From assembly GCA_973895155.1 (NCBI GenBank), contig OZ316897.1, positions 2,991,416 through 3,055,415 of the forward strand: a stretch of 64,000 nt of DNA, given 5' to 3'. A program made the position numbers and the translations under genes. The notes beneath the pieces were generated by a model. It worked only from the letters and a program-made list of their open reading frames with translations. It was not told where the DNA came from and did no database searches. This stretch comes from Marsupella aquatica. Lineage: Eukaryota; Plantae; Marchantiophyta. Of the stretch, positions 1 to 18,800 are shown one piece after another. The first letter of the stretch is position 1. Each line of letters starts with the position of its first letter.

Positions 1-372
1 TGAGATGAGAAAAATATAAGATGTCAAGGTGAGGAAAAGATGTCAAGCCAGGTGAGGAAAAGATGTCAAGCCAGGTGAGAAAAAATTTCCAAGGAAATAA
101 AAAGATGTTAAGGAGAGACAAGATGTTGAGAAAAACAAGTTATGGTGAGATATGTCAATGTGAGAAGATATGGCGAGATATATTATTTAGAAAAAGATTT
201 CCAAGCAAGATATAGATGTTGATGAGAGATGAACATGTAAAAATTAGAAATATATTCACCCATTACCCAATTGGTGGACATTTAAAATGGCCATTGACCC
301 TCTTCGCCATGAAATAAGTAATGTTTTCAAGTTGGGTAGGGTATGGGCAGGCTCAGGGCAGCTTGGGCAGAA

Positions 373-554
373 AGTTAAAATAAAAATTAGTGTATGGGTA
401 AATCTCTTGATGCTAAAAAGTTGTTTTATGATCATGGGCTAGAATTTGCTCCTTTGTGTTTCTAGTTAAAATAAAAATTAGTGTATGGGTGTATCTCTTG
501 ATGCTAAAAAGTTGTTTTATGATCATGGGGTAGAATTTGCTCCTTTGTGTTTCT
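373..554. repeat. Tandem duplication, 91 bp x2
   Basis: agttaaaataaaaattagtgtatggg...cctttgtgtttct at 373-463 and 464-554, few mismatches. Confidence 0.9.
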
Positions 555-3033
555 CATTTTGGAAACAGACTATAAAATTTTTGGCAGAATAAAACATTAT
601 AATGTTTGATATGGTAAACCAATAAAGTTTTTGGTTTCCTCGTTTTCTTGACCAATGTTATATTTTGCTAGCTTTTTGTCTATTTCTGTCATTCCCTTTA
701 TACCAAGGAAATTAAAAGTAAAAGATAGAAAGGTAGAAAAGTAAAAGGTACATACTTTGTTTTTGAATCCAACTATTTCTTATTGGCTGAACTTGAAGTT
801 CAGCTTTGTGGTGGGAGCCCAAAATGGCTCCAAACTTTTTTTCTGAGCATACGTTTTTTCCACATAAGTTTTCTCCACATATGCTTTCTCCACATACTTA
901 TAGAGGCACACAAATATACTTTAGTCACAATATACTCATTCTAACACTCTTTAGTTTGTATGGAGTACTCAAGATCAAGACAAATTGAAGTACACAGAGT
1001 ATATTGTATTCAACACAAATGAAAGTACATTAAATGCTCCCCCCTCAATGTACGTGTGTACTTGATTCTCTCACCATTTAATGTCTTTGTCTTTTAATTA
1101 TCATAATTTCTTAATGCTTTTATATATCTCCCTTTGGGTCCATTTGGGACCAAAGTCACCTTGAAAAGGTACGATTCTTAAAGGGGCTTCCTTTTTGTTT
1201 TTGGGTGAAATTGGTTACCTCCAAAAGATTTTTAAAGGGGCTTCTTTTTTTTTAGAAAAAACGATGAGTAAGGAGCATGCCCTATGGTTGACCTCATTAT
1301 TTTATTTTCTTTGAGAATTAAAACAGATAGAGAATCAAGGGTATTTTAAAGAATGGGAAAATCAAAAAGAAAAAAAGAGACATTTTTATTTTTTGGCCCG
1401 GATGGAGGATTACTTTAAGGGGAGAAATAATAAGGGTTTAAAGAATTTTTTCTTTAATTGCTGAGAGGTTTAAGGGTATTTAAGGGAGAGATTTTCAAAA
1501 TGGTCTTTGTTTATATTTTTTTCTTGCTAGAGGGGGCAGACACTAGTTGAGTGTATCGAACAAGCTAACCCCTATTCTATCTTAGAAGTGGGGAGCGATG
1601 GATGGTTTAAGGGTCTTTTAAGGGGAGGAACAATGAAGACAAAGAATGGAGAGATTTCAGGTTTTATAAATCTTTCCTTTTTCTTGCAAGAGGGGGGTCA
1701 ACATCAAAACAAAAAATGTGTTTTTATTCCTTTTGTGGACTTCTCACTCATTTTTCAACATAGATATAGATTTTTATTTGAGTAATTCTAGAAGAATGGG
1801 TGGGTGTGCTTTTAATTAGGTTAGGTATGATATTAATTAGTCGATAATGAAATTAGGTATGACATTAATTAGGAACTTAGAGATGATTAGCATAAAAGAG
1901 AGAGTTTCTCAGTTCATTCTCCTCATTCTCTTCTCTTCTCCTCTCATTGCTTATTCTTTTGCCTTTTTGTGGCCAAAGCGACCTCATAGGCATTTGCTGG
2001 GGCAAGCCGTGCCATAAGCATTGCTTGCAACCTACCATTTGCCTAGGTGGTCGTGGAGGGTCGCGCTCGATCATTAGGGTCGTTCATAGGTAGTTTTCTA
2101 TCGTATTCTCTTGGACTAGTGCGAGTTTGCTCTAGCCGGTGGTAGCAATGACCTAGTCATTTGCTACAGACCTGCCTATAGTCACTTAATCTAGTACATT
2201 TGGCCCGACATTTGGATGCAACTCTTTTTTGTTGGAGATATACTTTGGCTTTGTGTTATCATCGATGAAGTGTTCTGTTGTCATCGATGAAGTGTTCTCG
2301 ATGCATACAATGCTTGTTGCTTGAGAAATATTTTGCCGACGAGCGTGTTCATCCTTCAGATGCTGGTTTGTATATACATCAACGAAAGGTTGACGATGAG
2401 AGGAGAAAAAGATTAAATTCTTTATGATTTATTTCAGATTAGGTGGTGGACGATGTAGGGTTAATTTAGGTTAGTCTTTTAGATACATTTAGGTTTTGAT
2501 ACATGTTTTTCTCTTATCAAATAAAATTCCATGTATGAATTCTATTTCAAACTTATATTATTTTGAGGTATCATATTATAATGAATTATCTTTTCCTTGT
2601 ATGTATTAATTTTTCTCAAATTTAAATGCAACCCCAACTTATCATGTTTTTGTACTATTGCGAGTCAAATTTGGGTCAAAGCATTTCAGGACCCAAGTTT
2701 TGAACCTGAGACCCTCCCCCTCACGAGAGTGATCACTATGTTTCATTCATGTATTGATGACAATAACTAATCAGTCACAAAATTATAAAGAGTAGTCCAG
2801 CTTTTGTGACCAAACCCCTTTGGTCACGGGCATTTTTTATTCTGCACTCATTGCATTCAAAGAGAATTATGGGTAGTAAATTGTCAAGGCCCAGAATATT
2901 AGTTATGAAAACAATTGTCAAGTGTGAGTTAATCAAAGAGGGTGAGGAGGTACAGACTGTACTCTCACCATGGAAGGTACTCTGTACCAGCATTCAAGCC
3001 AGGGCGAGCCAGGTGGGGTGAGTCAGCGTCTAT

Positions 3034-3179
3034 CCTTGCCACCCAAGGGCAGGACGGTTCATGCATGGCACCGGTGGGACTGCATGTAAAAGTTGGGATT
3101 GCACCTTGCCACCCAAGCGCAGGATGGTAAAGCTTTATGCATGGCACTGGTTGGACTGCAAGTAAAAGTTGGGATTACA
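3034..3179. repeat. Imperfect tandem duplication, ~70 bp x2
   Basis: ccttgccacccaag...aaaagttgggatt starts at 3034 and 3104. Confidence 0.85.
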
Positions 3180-3306
3180 TGTCAGTCGAGACCCTGAAGA
3201 GGGAGCGAGCACAAAGGGGAGGGAGTCAACTTCAGGCACAACCCAACGGGAGGCTGAGGCTACGTTGCCTGGGGCAAGGGCATAGTCATCGGCAGCGGGA
3301 GTCAGC

Positions 3307-3342
3307 TGGGGTGGGGTGGGGTGGGGTGAGGTGGGGTGGGGG
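3307..3342 (+). repeat. (GGGGT)n tract, potential G-quadruplex
   Basis: Six G-runs of 4 or more separated by short loops. Confidence 0.7.
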
Positions 3343-6015
3343 CTGAGCATTGTTGAAACTCCCTCGCCCAACTCCCTTGTGAGTTTCTGGGTCGGCGAGG
3401 GCCCGTAGACTCACCACCTTGGGCTCTCAATCTTAACTAAGTAATATGCGGAGCAGGTGTGAACGCTTGAAGGTTGACTTTTATAGATTTAGAACTAATA
3501 TTACCGGTAACAAGATAACTTTTTATAGAAAAATAAAAATAACAAGGGGTAAGAGGAACGGGGTCACAATTGCAGGGGGGTTCACTAGTTTTACTTGGAC
3601 TGAGGGCCAAGGGACTCGTGAGGGAGTCGGGTGAGGGAGGGACGGACTTGTGAGGGAGTAGGGAGAGAGGGAATAATCATAAAGGAAAGAAATCTAGAAG
3701 GTTTGACCTCTGACCACATAAGTTTTTATTAGGAGGTGGGGAGGCAGCTTTTTGGAGGTTTGTTGTTATAATTTTGTTTTTACAAACTAAGCCACACTTG
3801 TTTTGGGGCTGCAGGTTTGTTGTGTGGTGGAGCTTTTTTTCTTTGGGAACGTACAACATTTTTAAGGTGCAACTATTTTAGTTGGTTGTCGCTTGTATGG
3901 AGGCACATAGAAAAAGACTTGATGGGGACCCTCCTGGGAAACATACCCCTGACGAGACCCTTCGTTTGAAATGGACTCCCTCCAGCTAGCCCTCGGTCCC
4001 TATAGCCCACACACATTCCCTGCCACCTAGCCTCTTTCACCCCTGCACAGTTCCATAGTCAACAAGCATAGTGTCCTGTAGCTGTTGTCGCTGCAAGTCT
4101 ATTTTTAAAAATTTGTTCATTTTTCCTAGAATGGTGAATGACACTTGGTACACTGAAGTTGAAGATTCTAAGAATATTTTTGGTATAATTTTTAGATGAA
4201 TGTTTTGCTATGCTATCTTTCTAGATTTAAGGCGAAAGGTCAAATTTTGGAAAGAAGGTATGTGGCTAGGTGGGAAATAAACAAAAAAAACACTGATTTA
4301 TTTAACCAAAATGGCTCATACATTTTTAGTGGGGTTGCAGAGTGGAATTTTGCACAATGGCTGATCAAAACAATTAGGGGGAAGGGCAACTTTGAGACAC
4401 CCTTAGTGCTGAGTAGTGTCTCTATGGGTCAGAACATCCATTGGGAAAAATGAACCCGAGGGCTTTTGGTTTGAGATGGGGTCACAACACCTGCCCATGA
4501 GTTAGCTCAACATTAATAGGGCACCAACCAATTTTAAGTGTGGACAACACTCAGTGCACTGACTGTACGATTATGCAACCCATAGCATTCTGGGTGCAAA
4601 AATCACTTGGGACTGAGGGCTACTTAGTTTGAGATTTCCTAGTGCAACCCCATAACTTTCCCACCTGCCTTCCTTTGTTGCCCTCCCTTTGTAGGACACA
4701 AGGAGGACTCTAGGATGTCAAGAGACATGGTATAATGTGGTGACCAGAAGAAGGGAAGGGAGTGTTTTTTTAAGTGCAAAATTGTGTCAAATACCACTGC
4801 ACAAGAAAGTATTATGGGCTTCTGGAAGAAAATAGGAAGTTTTTTTTCGAACTTTCCCACCTAGCCACATACCCTATTTGCCAGAATCTTACAGTTTTCC
4901 TTTATTCTAGGGAGAACAATGTTCACAGATTAATCTAAGATGCTTACATAAGAAATATTTTCAGAATCAATCTTCTGAAACACCAGGTGAGATTTTTCCA
5001 CTATTGGATAAAAAGAAAAAGCTTAAAAAGTAGTCTAGTAGGGAGACTATGGCTGCAGGGTACTATGCTGGCCGACTATGGAACTGTGTACTAGTGGCTA
5101 AAGAGGCTAGGTGGCAGGGGATGTGCATGGGCGGCAGGGACTGGGAGTCTCAGGGAATCCATTTCAAAAGAAAGGGCCTCCTCAAGGGTTTTCTTTTCCT
5201 TGGAGGGGCCCCATCAAGTCTTTTTCTCTAGAGATGGAGGGTGGTTAATTATTATCTTGGGCCTCCTTGACTCAGTCTCTTCAGTCTCTCATCACTGTTG
5301 GATCCCTCTTGAATTGCTGTACTGCCCTTTCTCCCTTTTGCCTTCCTTTCCAACCCTCTCCACACTGCCTGACCATGCAACATTTGCCCATCTGCCCACA
5401 CCTCCACCCGCAACTGACTCTATGCCCATCTGACCCCACCCTACATGGTGTCTGCCCTTCTTCCACCCTTTTCTCTCTCCTTCTGCCCGTATGTACTTTG
5501 ACTCCCCAACTCCTTGCACCCAACTCCTCCACGGGCCTCTCTAATATAATTCAGATTACTTTGGCCTGCAGTCTGGAGGTTGGAATGTTACATGGAAAGC
5601 GTCCAGTGGAGCCATAACCCATGGAACAACCATTCTTGAGGGCATCAAAGATGTAGTGAGCCCTAACACATGAATAGTACACAAAGTGTGCCCACTTCCT
5701 TGAGCAGCCCAGCAAAAGGTCAATTCTGAGATTTACTACAGTAGACTGCCACTCGATTTTGGCATAAGACATACCTTACCACTTAAGTTTATCTATTTAA
5801 TATCACAATGCCACTATTTTTGTTTGTGCCTTAAGAGAATTAAGCCATTTATCTCCTTTGCATTCAATGGATGTAATTGCATCCAGATTTACCTTGGTCT
5901 CCCTCAAGGTAATTTGGATGACCCATGGGTCAGTTGACAGAGGGGTGGGTCAGTGGTCCCATCCTCCCATCCTACTCCCAGTCTCTGTCTAGAGCCAGCT
6001 TGTCCCTGTGCCTCA

Positions 6016-6095
6016 ATCCTCCTGCTGAGGGTGGTCAAAGTCACCTTCAGGAGACATCCTCCTGCTGAGGGTGGTCAAAGTCACCTTCAGGAGAC
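6016..6095. repeat. Perfect tandem duplication, 40 bp x2
   Basis: atcctcctgctgagggtggtcaaagtcaccttcaggagac at 6016 and 6056. Confidence 0.95.
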
Positions 6096-6282
6096 GGGAG
6101 CCGACTGATTGCAAATCTAGATGCAATGATGGCCGTTAGATGTGAAGGAGCAAACCTGGGTTAAGCTTCTCAATCAGCCAACAAAAACAGTGGCGTGGTG
6201 ATAAATCTAAAAACTTTCAGTGGCAAGGTAGTATTATGTCCAAAAAAAGTGACAATCTAATAAATCTCAGAAGTCCTATGTT

Positions 6283-6420
6283 GCTATGGTCGGAGAACTT
6301 CCTTAAGCTGAAACTTTTGGGGACAGCCTCAACCTCTCGCTTCCTTTGGAGTCATGGCCGATGTTAATTTCGGCGATAACCAATTCATAGGCAAATTGTC
6401 GAAGACTTCCACTCAAACGG
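6283..6420 (+). pseudogene. Internally deleted fragment of a GH3 beta-glucosidase gene
   Basis: ctcaacctctcgcttcctttggagtca is identical to 23378-23404. Translates [21 protein letters not shown] joined to ADVNFGDNQFIGKLSKT (intact gene: [22 protein letters not shown] ... [17 protein letters not shown]). Confidence 0.85.
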
Positions 6421-6654
6421 GATGCAGCCCGATTTGAGTCAGCTTCTGTATTAAAGCAGAGAAGGAATTTTCGTCGTCACCAGTTGAGGATTGGTTCAGT
6501 AGCCATGGTTGATGAGCACTACCTCTCCCGTTATTTTCTCAAATACCTCTCCCCTGACTCTGCCACTTTCTGGAGTCAGAGTTGCTGCAAAACTTCCCAA
6601 TAATCTTTTCTAGTCTTTGGTATTGGTGGCGTTGGATTATTACATGTTCGGGCG

Positions 6655-9163
6655 ATGGATACTATGGTTCTGGGGCTAGGGCATAGCGGTAGTCAATTAG
6701 GCTCTTCATTGCTCTCTCCTTGCAATAAGAGAGGTTCCTTTCCTTCTAGGAATCTGGCTTGTACACAAAGCGTGTCCCCTGTTTTTGTGACCAGCTTGAG
6801 CTTCTTGCCGGAGCATCAGCAGAGACTCGCGGTTCTGAAAATTGGAGTACAGAGGAGGAAGACGGATCTATTTGGTTCTCAAGCGAATTTGATAGTTTCT
6901 CGTCAATCGGATGCCAAAGTTGCTGCCGACCATCCCGAGGTCGTTGCCCGCTTGTCTAGCATTAATAAGCAGGTGAGTTTTACTCTTCTCTCCCTCTCTC
7001 TCTGTCTCTCTCAATTTCTTCGACTCCTGTTGACTTTCTAGGCAAATTGTTGCTCGCTGCAAATTCCTCCCCCTCCCTCTGGCAGTTCCTGGAGCCAGAG
7101 TCGCTGCAAAACGTAGGGGAATGTTGAGCCAGATAATCTTCTGGCCATGTCGGGAATCGTCTGAATCATTGAATTGGCTGCCTCCGTCTTCTCTTCTCAT
7201 GACGATATGGTGGCAAGTTGTATTGACAGTCGCTTGAACAAACGAGCACTTGTCTTCCTGCGATGCCTCTCTCGCTTAGTGCGTCTTATGACGGTAAACT
7301 TCGCATAGAATGAGTAAAATTTGCTTCATTATTGCCGCAAGCGTGTTGGGATTTCTCAGGGAGCTTGCCAGATGACGATCAGAATTGTCGTTTAGAATGA
7401 CAACATTTATAGTGAGCAGTAAAGGGCGACCGTCCCTTAACTCGAAAATAAATTGCATACCTGACGGAATTCAATCTCCGGGTGGTAGAGTCAGGAGGTT
7501 CCAAAGTAGATTAGCATGAATTCAGCATACTAAGTGAGGTGGGTAAATACGCGACTACCTTGCACTACACCCTAGCTGTCACTAGAAGCAGATGAATTGG
7601 AATACCATACCAACGACCAAGTGCAGAAACCCTAAATTTTTAACACGCCTGATGTGACCCCAACTACCTCTGGAAAAGACTACGGGATATGCCATATACA
7701 ACTATCAAAGTCAGATGCAATTGTTGTCATCATCCACGTCTGATACTTGGGCTGCAAGGTTAGCATGATTCAGAACGAGGATGATCCGTTAGGTTCCCAA
7801 ATATCCGTTTCTCTGAGTGTATCAAGTGCAGGTTTTGGTGTAATCGGCGTACGCATAGAGACATAACACATCCTGTCCATTCTGTTCGAATAGGCAGTGT
7901 GTACGTACCGAGGATCTTACTGCTCAGAGGACTGGAGACAAGCACTTGTGACTTGTTTCGCAAAGTAATGGGATGTGTTTACATCGTAGCTGCACAATGC
8001 CTAGATTGTTCAAGAACAACGACCTGGGTAAGGCATAAATTTTGCAGGATGCAACACATTGACGGAACTAATTCTTGCAATGTACAGCACCAGTATTTTC
8101 ATCACATCTGCCATTGTCAACGAACAGAGCAAGAGACAGAGCAAGGAGAAGGTTGAATCTTCAGTTAGCTGCTTTATCCTCATGTTTTTCCTTTTTGATT
8201 TTATGCCATCTAGATTCTCTCCCGAGTTTTCTTCTATGGAGCTCTTCGCCCCTTGGCAAGTCTTATTAGGCATTTTGAATACAAAATGCTCGGTTATAGA
8301 ATCTTAGAGACATGAGAGAGTTTCTGTGATTTGATGTACAGTGTTTCTAATTAACTCGCTCTCGATCTCCCAGCCACTGTAGACGAATCGGAAGAATCAT
8401 GGGGAGTTCAATTTGCCATTGCAGCTTTAAGGTTCTACAAAAGTAAGTACTTGGAAAATCACTTAGGGTCTCCTATAAGAGATCAAGCTCCTTATGTAAA
8501 TTATGCAGTGAGCACCATTTTTGAAGAGGCACCTGATCTGCATGGGGAACCTTATTTGTACTGTGAGCTATCATGCTCCTATTTTTTTCTAAGTATCATT
8601 TCTTGTCTCGAAACCACTCGTTAAACAAATTATTATGGATTTTTCGTTCTTTGTTAGTTTTTGATTGCTGTTGTCCAATAGGTCTGGCAAGCGCGTCTAC
8701 ACCCCTAGATTTAACAGTTGTGGTTTTCTGTAAATCAGGGGAGATATCACCGCTTTTACCAGGAAGCTGCAGATATGTCCCAACGTGTAGTGAGTATTCC
8801 ATGCAAGCTTACAGGACATATGGCGTTTTGAAAGGAACCGTCCTAACGGCTTGGCGACTCGCTCGTTGCAATCCATTAGGTGGGTGTGCGTAATTGAATG
8901 TTCACTAAAATTAGTTACAGGGATGTCTCTGTCATGCCTGTTCCGTCTAAGCTGGAAGATCCATCGAAGGGAATACAACTGTATTCTCAACTGGGACCCG
9001 CAGATATGTTTGGTTGATTCCAAGTATTTTTCAAGTAGACGACAAGTGTCTTGCGAAATTTCCTCTGCAACACAGTTACTAATTCTTTTCTGCTTTACTG
9101 GCAGGTGGCAGCGGATTTGATCCTCCTCGCTGGTTTGGTGAACCTAAACCACCGTCTTTATAG
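6655..9163 (+). CDS. Plastid-type membrane protein insertion efficiency factor (YidD/UPF0161 family); exons 6655-6972, 8088-8151, 8374 (or 8383)-8442, 8739-8879, 9105-9163
   Basis: Spliced motif ALRFYKREISPLLPGSCRYVPTCSEYSMQAYRTYGVLKGTVLTAWRLARCNPLGGSGFDPPRW. GT-AG introns with compatible phases; Ser-rich transit-peptide-like N-terminus. First two exons less certain. Confidence 0.88.
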
Positions 9164-9484
9164 TTCAACGGATTGACTAAGAAATTGCTGACTTCGGAGA
9201 ACAGGTGATGTATACCAACATTGTGGGAGTTTCAGGCCCTTGTCAATTATTATGTTTTCGGCCATAAGCTAGACCAAGTTTGAAGGGGTTTCCCCAGGAA
9301 AGTGTCTAGTTTGCGCCAGACTAGGAGGGTTTGGATCGTTGCACTGCATAGAGTTATTCCTCATCCATGGGACTCGTAGGTAGTTGCAGATCACGCGATG
9401 TACAGGCGTTGGGACAATTCTTTTGATATTTTCTATATAATTTGAATAGCCTTTTGCCTGTATGCAATCAAACAAAGCATCAGT

Positions 9485-9703
9485 ATGTTTCCTTTGGATG
9501 ATCAATGTGTAGATAGTGTCAATGGAGGTCGTCCCACGACGGTGTGGCTCAGGTTGTACAATGTCCCTGAACAGCTGGGGTTCATGACATCTCGTGTTGT
9601 CAAAGAATTTGCTGACATTCATGGGTGTACTCCTCAGCAAAGCGGAATAGACAATATAGAGTCTTATCTAGTACATTATTACCCAGGGTCTCTTCACAAG
9701 TAA
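9485..9703 (+). mobile_element. Possible decayed LINE ORF1 fragment
   Basis: TVWLRLYNVP resembles the plant L1 ORF1 PVWVRLxxLP motif; no RT nearby. Confidence 0.3.
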
Positions 9704-11799
9704 ACCTGCTGAAGAGTTTGGCCTTTGATGGTCTTTCTGGTGTGTTATTCAGCTTTGGGTTTTTGGGCCGTTTGACCTTTGCATTTGCTCGAAGTGCAGT
9801 TGGCCTCTTCTTTGGCTGTGGGATGGGGTACTTGGGTTTGCACTCTGCTATCTGGAATTGGTTTGTTCAGGTTTTATTGATCTATTTAAATAAATAATGT
9901 CTCCTCATGTAATGATTGTTCTCCTTCTTCACACTGGAAGACAAACTCAAATTGGATTCAAATTGAGATATTAGTTTTTTTTACCAAGAGACATGTAATG
10001 GACAAATCTCAGAATTCCTATGCATTGCTTGTGATGGGCATTCGATTTCATAAGTATAGAATTATACAAAAGAGAAAGTCTTGAAGGAAGGATTTCGTAA
10101 GTATAGAAAAATACAAAGAGTCTTGAAGGAAGCTTGTGATGGGAATTCGCTTTCATGAAGTATAGAAAAATACAAAGAGAACAAGTCTTGAAGGGATTTA
10201 AGATCCAACGAAGAAATCTTGATCATTCTATCTTTACTCTATGCTCCCAAACCAGGAGGCCTTTCCTCGCTCTCCAGGGAGTAAGATACAATACTGTTAT
10301 CCCGGTTCTCACAAAAAATAAAATTACAATATTGGAACCAACTGACAGAATATTTGTAGAAGGGGTTTGGAACCTTGAAAGACTTTTGTAATGCAAATTT
10401 AAGGAACATTCTAACCAGTTTGATGTCAACAATGACTTCGCAGGGCATAATTTAATTCTCATATTAAAAATCAGAAACATGAGAATAATATTTTGGAAAA
10501 TGATCTCCCATGGACCAATCATGTGTATCATACAACCCCTATGGACCGTGCAAGTCTCACACTTTCACTCATATTTCTGATCCTTCGTTTTTTTCCAAAG
10601 AAAATAGTTCAATAGCAAAGTTTGACGGTTAAGATGTCCGTTGAAATCCAGTGGAACCTGCTCTTTTTAGGCTCCTTAGCAGCAGCATGGAAATGTGTTT
10701 CAAACCAGTCTAATATTTCTGCTTTTCATGTATTTCCACATCATTCACTTGTCCACACTTTGCACTTCCCAAACTTTTTGAGTAGCTAATTTTGACATTG
10801 GATATCCAAAGGAATCAGAGTTGTGGTTTTGTCATAAACCACTTGGATACATCCTTTTAATAAACCTATTATCTCAAATTGTATTGGGAATTGAGAGATA
10901 TATAAAGTTCTAAAGAGGAGTGTCTCGTCGTCTTGTCAAAACTAAAGCCAGGATAGCTCACCATATTTAACACAGTGCTCCCGTGGATTGCATTTTGGTC
11001 GTCCATGGGAGTTTGGGGCCCATAACTTGATGACTATAAGTCCAAAAATCATTCTTAGTTTTGCAGCAAGGCAACAAGAGAAGTAGGAAACTTCTAAAAA
11101 AGGCAAGCCCAAATATTCATATCAACACAATGAAATTTAATGTAGTAAAACTTTACCCCTCTACACCCTATGATGAAAAACTCAACCAAAGTGACCAAAA
11201 CTTCAATGTCACTTTCATGGAAGTGTAGCTTACCTACTCCACTAGCACATCCCCAAAACTAAATATATTACAATATATTGATATCATGTTATTACAATTA
11301 AACTCAAGGTGTGCAAAATGTGGTGCATGGGTGTTTCAAAGACCAACCTTGTAGTCCATGGGGGTCCCCAATTCTTTCTTGTCACATTTCTCTCATCCGT
11401 GTAATTATTATGTACTATATGAGCAGAGAAGATAGTTTGCCGCCATCTATCCAGGTTGCAAAAATGTTCAATTTCCCAATATGTTCAATATCCACTTAGG
11501 TAATGACTGTGGCGAGCCCTTTTCTTTTCGCTCATATAGCACATATTACACTCTAACGACTACGGTATCGACTCTCTCACGACAAGGGAACTGATATATG
11601 ACTCCTCCTGTAGGTTTCTTCCATAGCTTTTGCTCGACTTCCTTCCGTCTCATTCCACGCGATACGACTCACGGTGCATTCGCTCTTCTTCGTTAGTTTG
11701 TGCTCGAGTTCGTTTCCCGCATCCGTCCGCACCCGAGGACGACGACGACGACGACGCACGCTGGATTCACATTGTTGCGTGTTCAGTTTTCGAGTTTAG

Positions 11800-15814
<4,015 letters not shown>

Positions 15815-18800
15815 CTGGTGCAATAAGTGAGGAACATTGGCAGAGGCGAAGTGCTCGTTACTGAGGAATGAGCGGAAGCGAATCCGTGTGAAAGAATCCG
15901 ATGTTGCATAAACGCATGAGGTAGCGCATGACCTTACCTGGTTTCATCTAAGGTTATTGTAGCATATATTTTGCTCTGTTTCCTGTGTGGTTGGCTTGCC
16001 AGTACTGAGTGTTCAGCAGCTTTGGAGCGTCGTGTCAAGTCAGGAACAGTGGGCACCGGTTGCTCATAAAAGAGTCTCAACTTCATTTCATGTTCTTGAA
16101 GCTGTTAGGCATTCTTTATATGGCAGTGGCATTTTGCTCTTTGTCACTCGCATATCCCGATTAAATCCGCGTGTACATTACTACTATTCGATCAGTCAGT
16201 CAGTGACTTTTAAGGGCACGAGGCTCAAGTTGTACTTTTGGACTGCGGTATACAGTAGACTGGAACCACTTTTCAACTCAAATTGGGATTAGAGAATGTA
16301 GTTGACTCTGGCATCGCTGAGTGATGAGCCAGGGCGTGTATGAATAGAACTTGAATATTCAAGATTAATCTTTGTCGTTGGCAGCCTTTCGCTCTCAAGA
16401 CTGAATCACAAGTATACTTCCTAGACGGCTTACTTTCCGCTTACTTTAAAGTAAGAATTTTCTATCGTCAATGTGTGTCCATGGACTTGACGTAGTGAAA
16501 AGCCTCTGCAATAAGCCATGTCGCCGTGGGCCTCACATCCACCGCATGTGACTGAAATGAAGAGTGGGAGCACCAGCCACGCGGATATAAGACAGCTTCG
16601 AACTGCAACGACTTAAACCGTAGTGTTCGTACGAGCCTTCCAGCTTCAACCTAAGCACACTTGACAAATCTATTCATTAACACAAGTAATAGAAATGACC
16701 CTCAAACACGTTACTTGCTGGTCTAGCAGCTTTTTTGGGTGGACCCCAGGTTTGCTGACCTGCTCCAAAGCTTCCTCTTCTGTGTGCTCCCCAATAACTT
16801 TCAGGAAGTCATTTCCCATCCTCCCGAACGCGGAGAACAAGAGGAGGCCGTTGTAACCTTCAGGAACATAGAATACAGAATTCAATATTGATAGGATTGC
16901 CTTGCAAGGAAAGTGCCGTAAGGAGTATTTCACCAATGGGCCTATGATCTGATCAGAGTAAATCTCATTCTAATCACATCACTATAACTATGAGAACTCT
17001 ACACATTAAGCACAGCATCATAGGTAAGTACTGCAACGCGCAGAAGCTCACAAAAAGTCCATTTGTTTCTATGATGGGCGTAAGTCCTTTTGGTGGACAT
17101 GTGACGTATGTTGGGTGTATGGCCAGCATGTGTAAGAGTGTCCGAGCCACTGAGGGCTGTAGACAGATAATAGTGTTGTTTGTTCCCATCTGTCCCTCTG
17201 TGTGCAGGGAGCAACAAAGGATGACAAGAGAAATAGTTGTGTGATGGGAAATTGCGGGGTCAAATTAAATGTTCCCTGTGAGAATGCAGGGTGACAGGGG
17301 ACCACAATGTTTTAGTGAAGAGAATATACATTTTCCATGACAAGTAACGAACACGGGATGGTCCATTTTCACTCAACCTTGCTGCAACTAATATTGCACA
17401 TTGTTGACACTCAACTCAAATTAACTCTGGATCTTTCATATGCACTGATGGACCTGGCTCCTTCCCACTATGGAATAGAGACCTACACATGCCTCCCTGC
17501 CATGAAAGGTGGAGCTATGGTCTACTCCTAGTCCCCAAATATGTCAATAGGTGCCTTGTCTTTATCAACTTACTATGTGAAGGTGCGTTTGTTGCCACTT
17601 CCCATTATGTGGGACGTGCCTCCTGTCTTGAAATCTTTTTTCAAATGGGGCTTCTCAAACCTAAAGGGTTGCAAAAAGATGTGTTTCCTTGCATACGTGG
17701 GTTGCATACTTCTTGTGAATAAACGTACACTTAACCTCTTGGGGTCTTGAAATGTTTATTCAAATGGGCTTCTCAAAACCCAAAAGGGTTGCAAAAAGAT
17801 CCACAGTCCAAAAACCAGTCACAAGTGGTAAGACAAGTTGTGAGTCTGCCACTTTACTTCCCGGAAAACCTGTGTGACTGTGAGCTGGAGCTAAGACTAA
17901 GAGGTTTGAGACTCCTAATAATAATCTGTCTCAAACCAGCTGACCCATGACCGGAATGCTGCGGGCAGGTCGCAAGTTGACAATCTGGTGCTCCCAAAAA
18001 ACACTACCACACTTGGGCAGTCAGTGCACTGGCACTTGGGCCAAGTGCCAAGAATTGGTCTGTGCAAACACATCAGCATCTTTCCAAAAATGATGGTGAT
18101 GCAGGTAATGGAGGACACTTAGTACCAAATGCTTGGCAACCCTGTCTGGAAATGATTTATGATTTTGTGCTTAACTTAGTAAACCAACAAGTAAGTTCAT
18201 CATACATTTGTGGTCCAATTACTACTTTGCTATGGTCTTGCTTTCAGTTTCGCTAGATCCTTTCTTTTCGGCGGCTAAATTGGGAACAATTGGTAAAAGA
18301 TAAGTTGCTTGGGCCAATCAATGCTTTTTGGGAGGAGTCTACTCCCATCCTTCGTAAAGGCAAAGAAGGAAATCTACAAGCCATGTCTGGCCTTCCGTGG
18401 CCCTTCGGACCCACAAAGTGCGTAGCACTCTATGTCTAGTATGGTGCACTCGGGCCCATAGGGTTCGTCTCTTAATAAGGAATATATCAAATGTCTCTTG
18501 ATAAGGAATATATAGAACACCCGCGAGGCAAGTTTTCTTGTTGTATAATAGTATTCTTATTTATGATTGTAAAGTATTTTTTATTTTGCCGAACCCATGC
18601 ACCAGAAAACCTTTTGGCTCTGTTTTTGGAGCAATCTAAAGGTAGGTGCTTTGCCGCCCCTTACAATATTTGAGTGTCATATCCAAAAAAAATTGTTTTG
18701 AAAAAATGGAGTGCGCTTCCATCCATATAACACTTATAGAACCATCTGGCCATTAGCTGGATTTTGTAGCAAATTCTATTTGTTTTTGCCGCTTTAGGCT

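Noticed and set aside
2688-2745. tRNA or SINE-like segment on the minus strand (GGTTCAAAAC B-box)
   Set aside because: No convincing A-box or cloverleaf
16670-18260. Several 60-90 aa ORFs, possibly decayed TE coding sequence
   Set aside because: No recognisable motif in any frame
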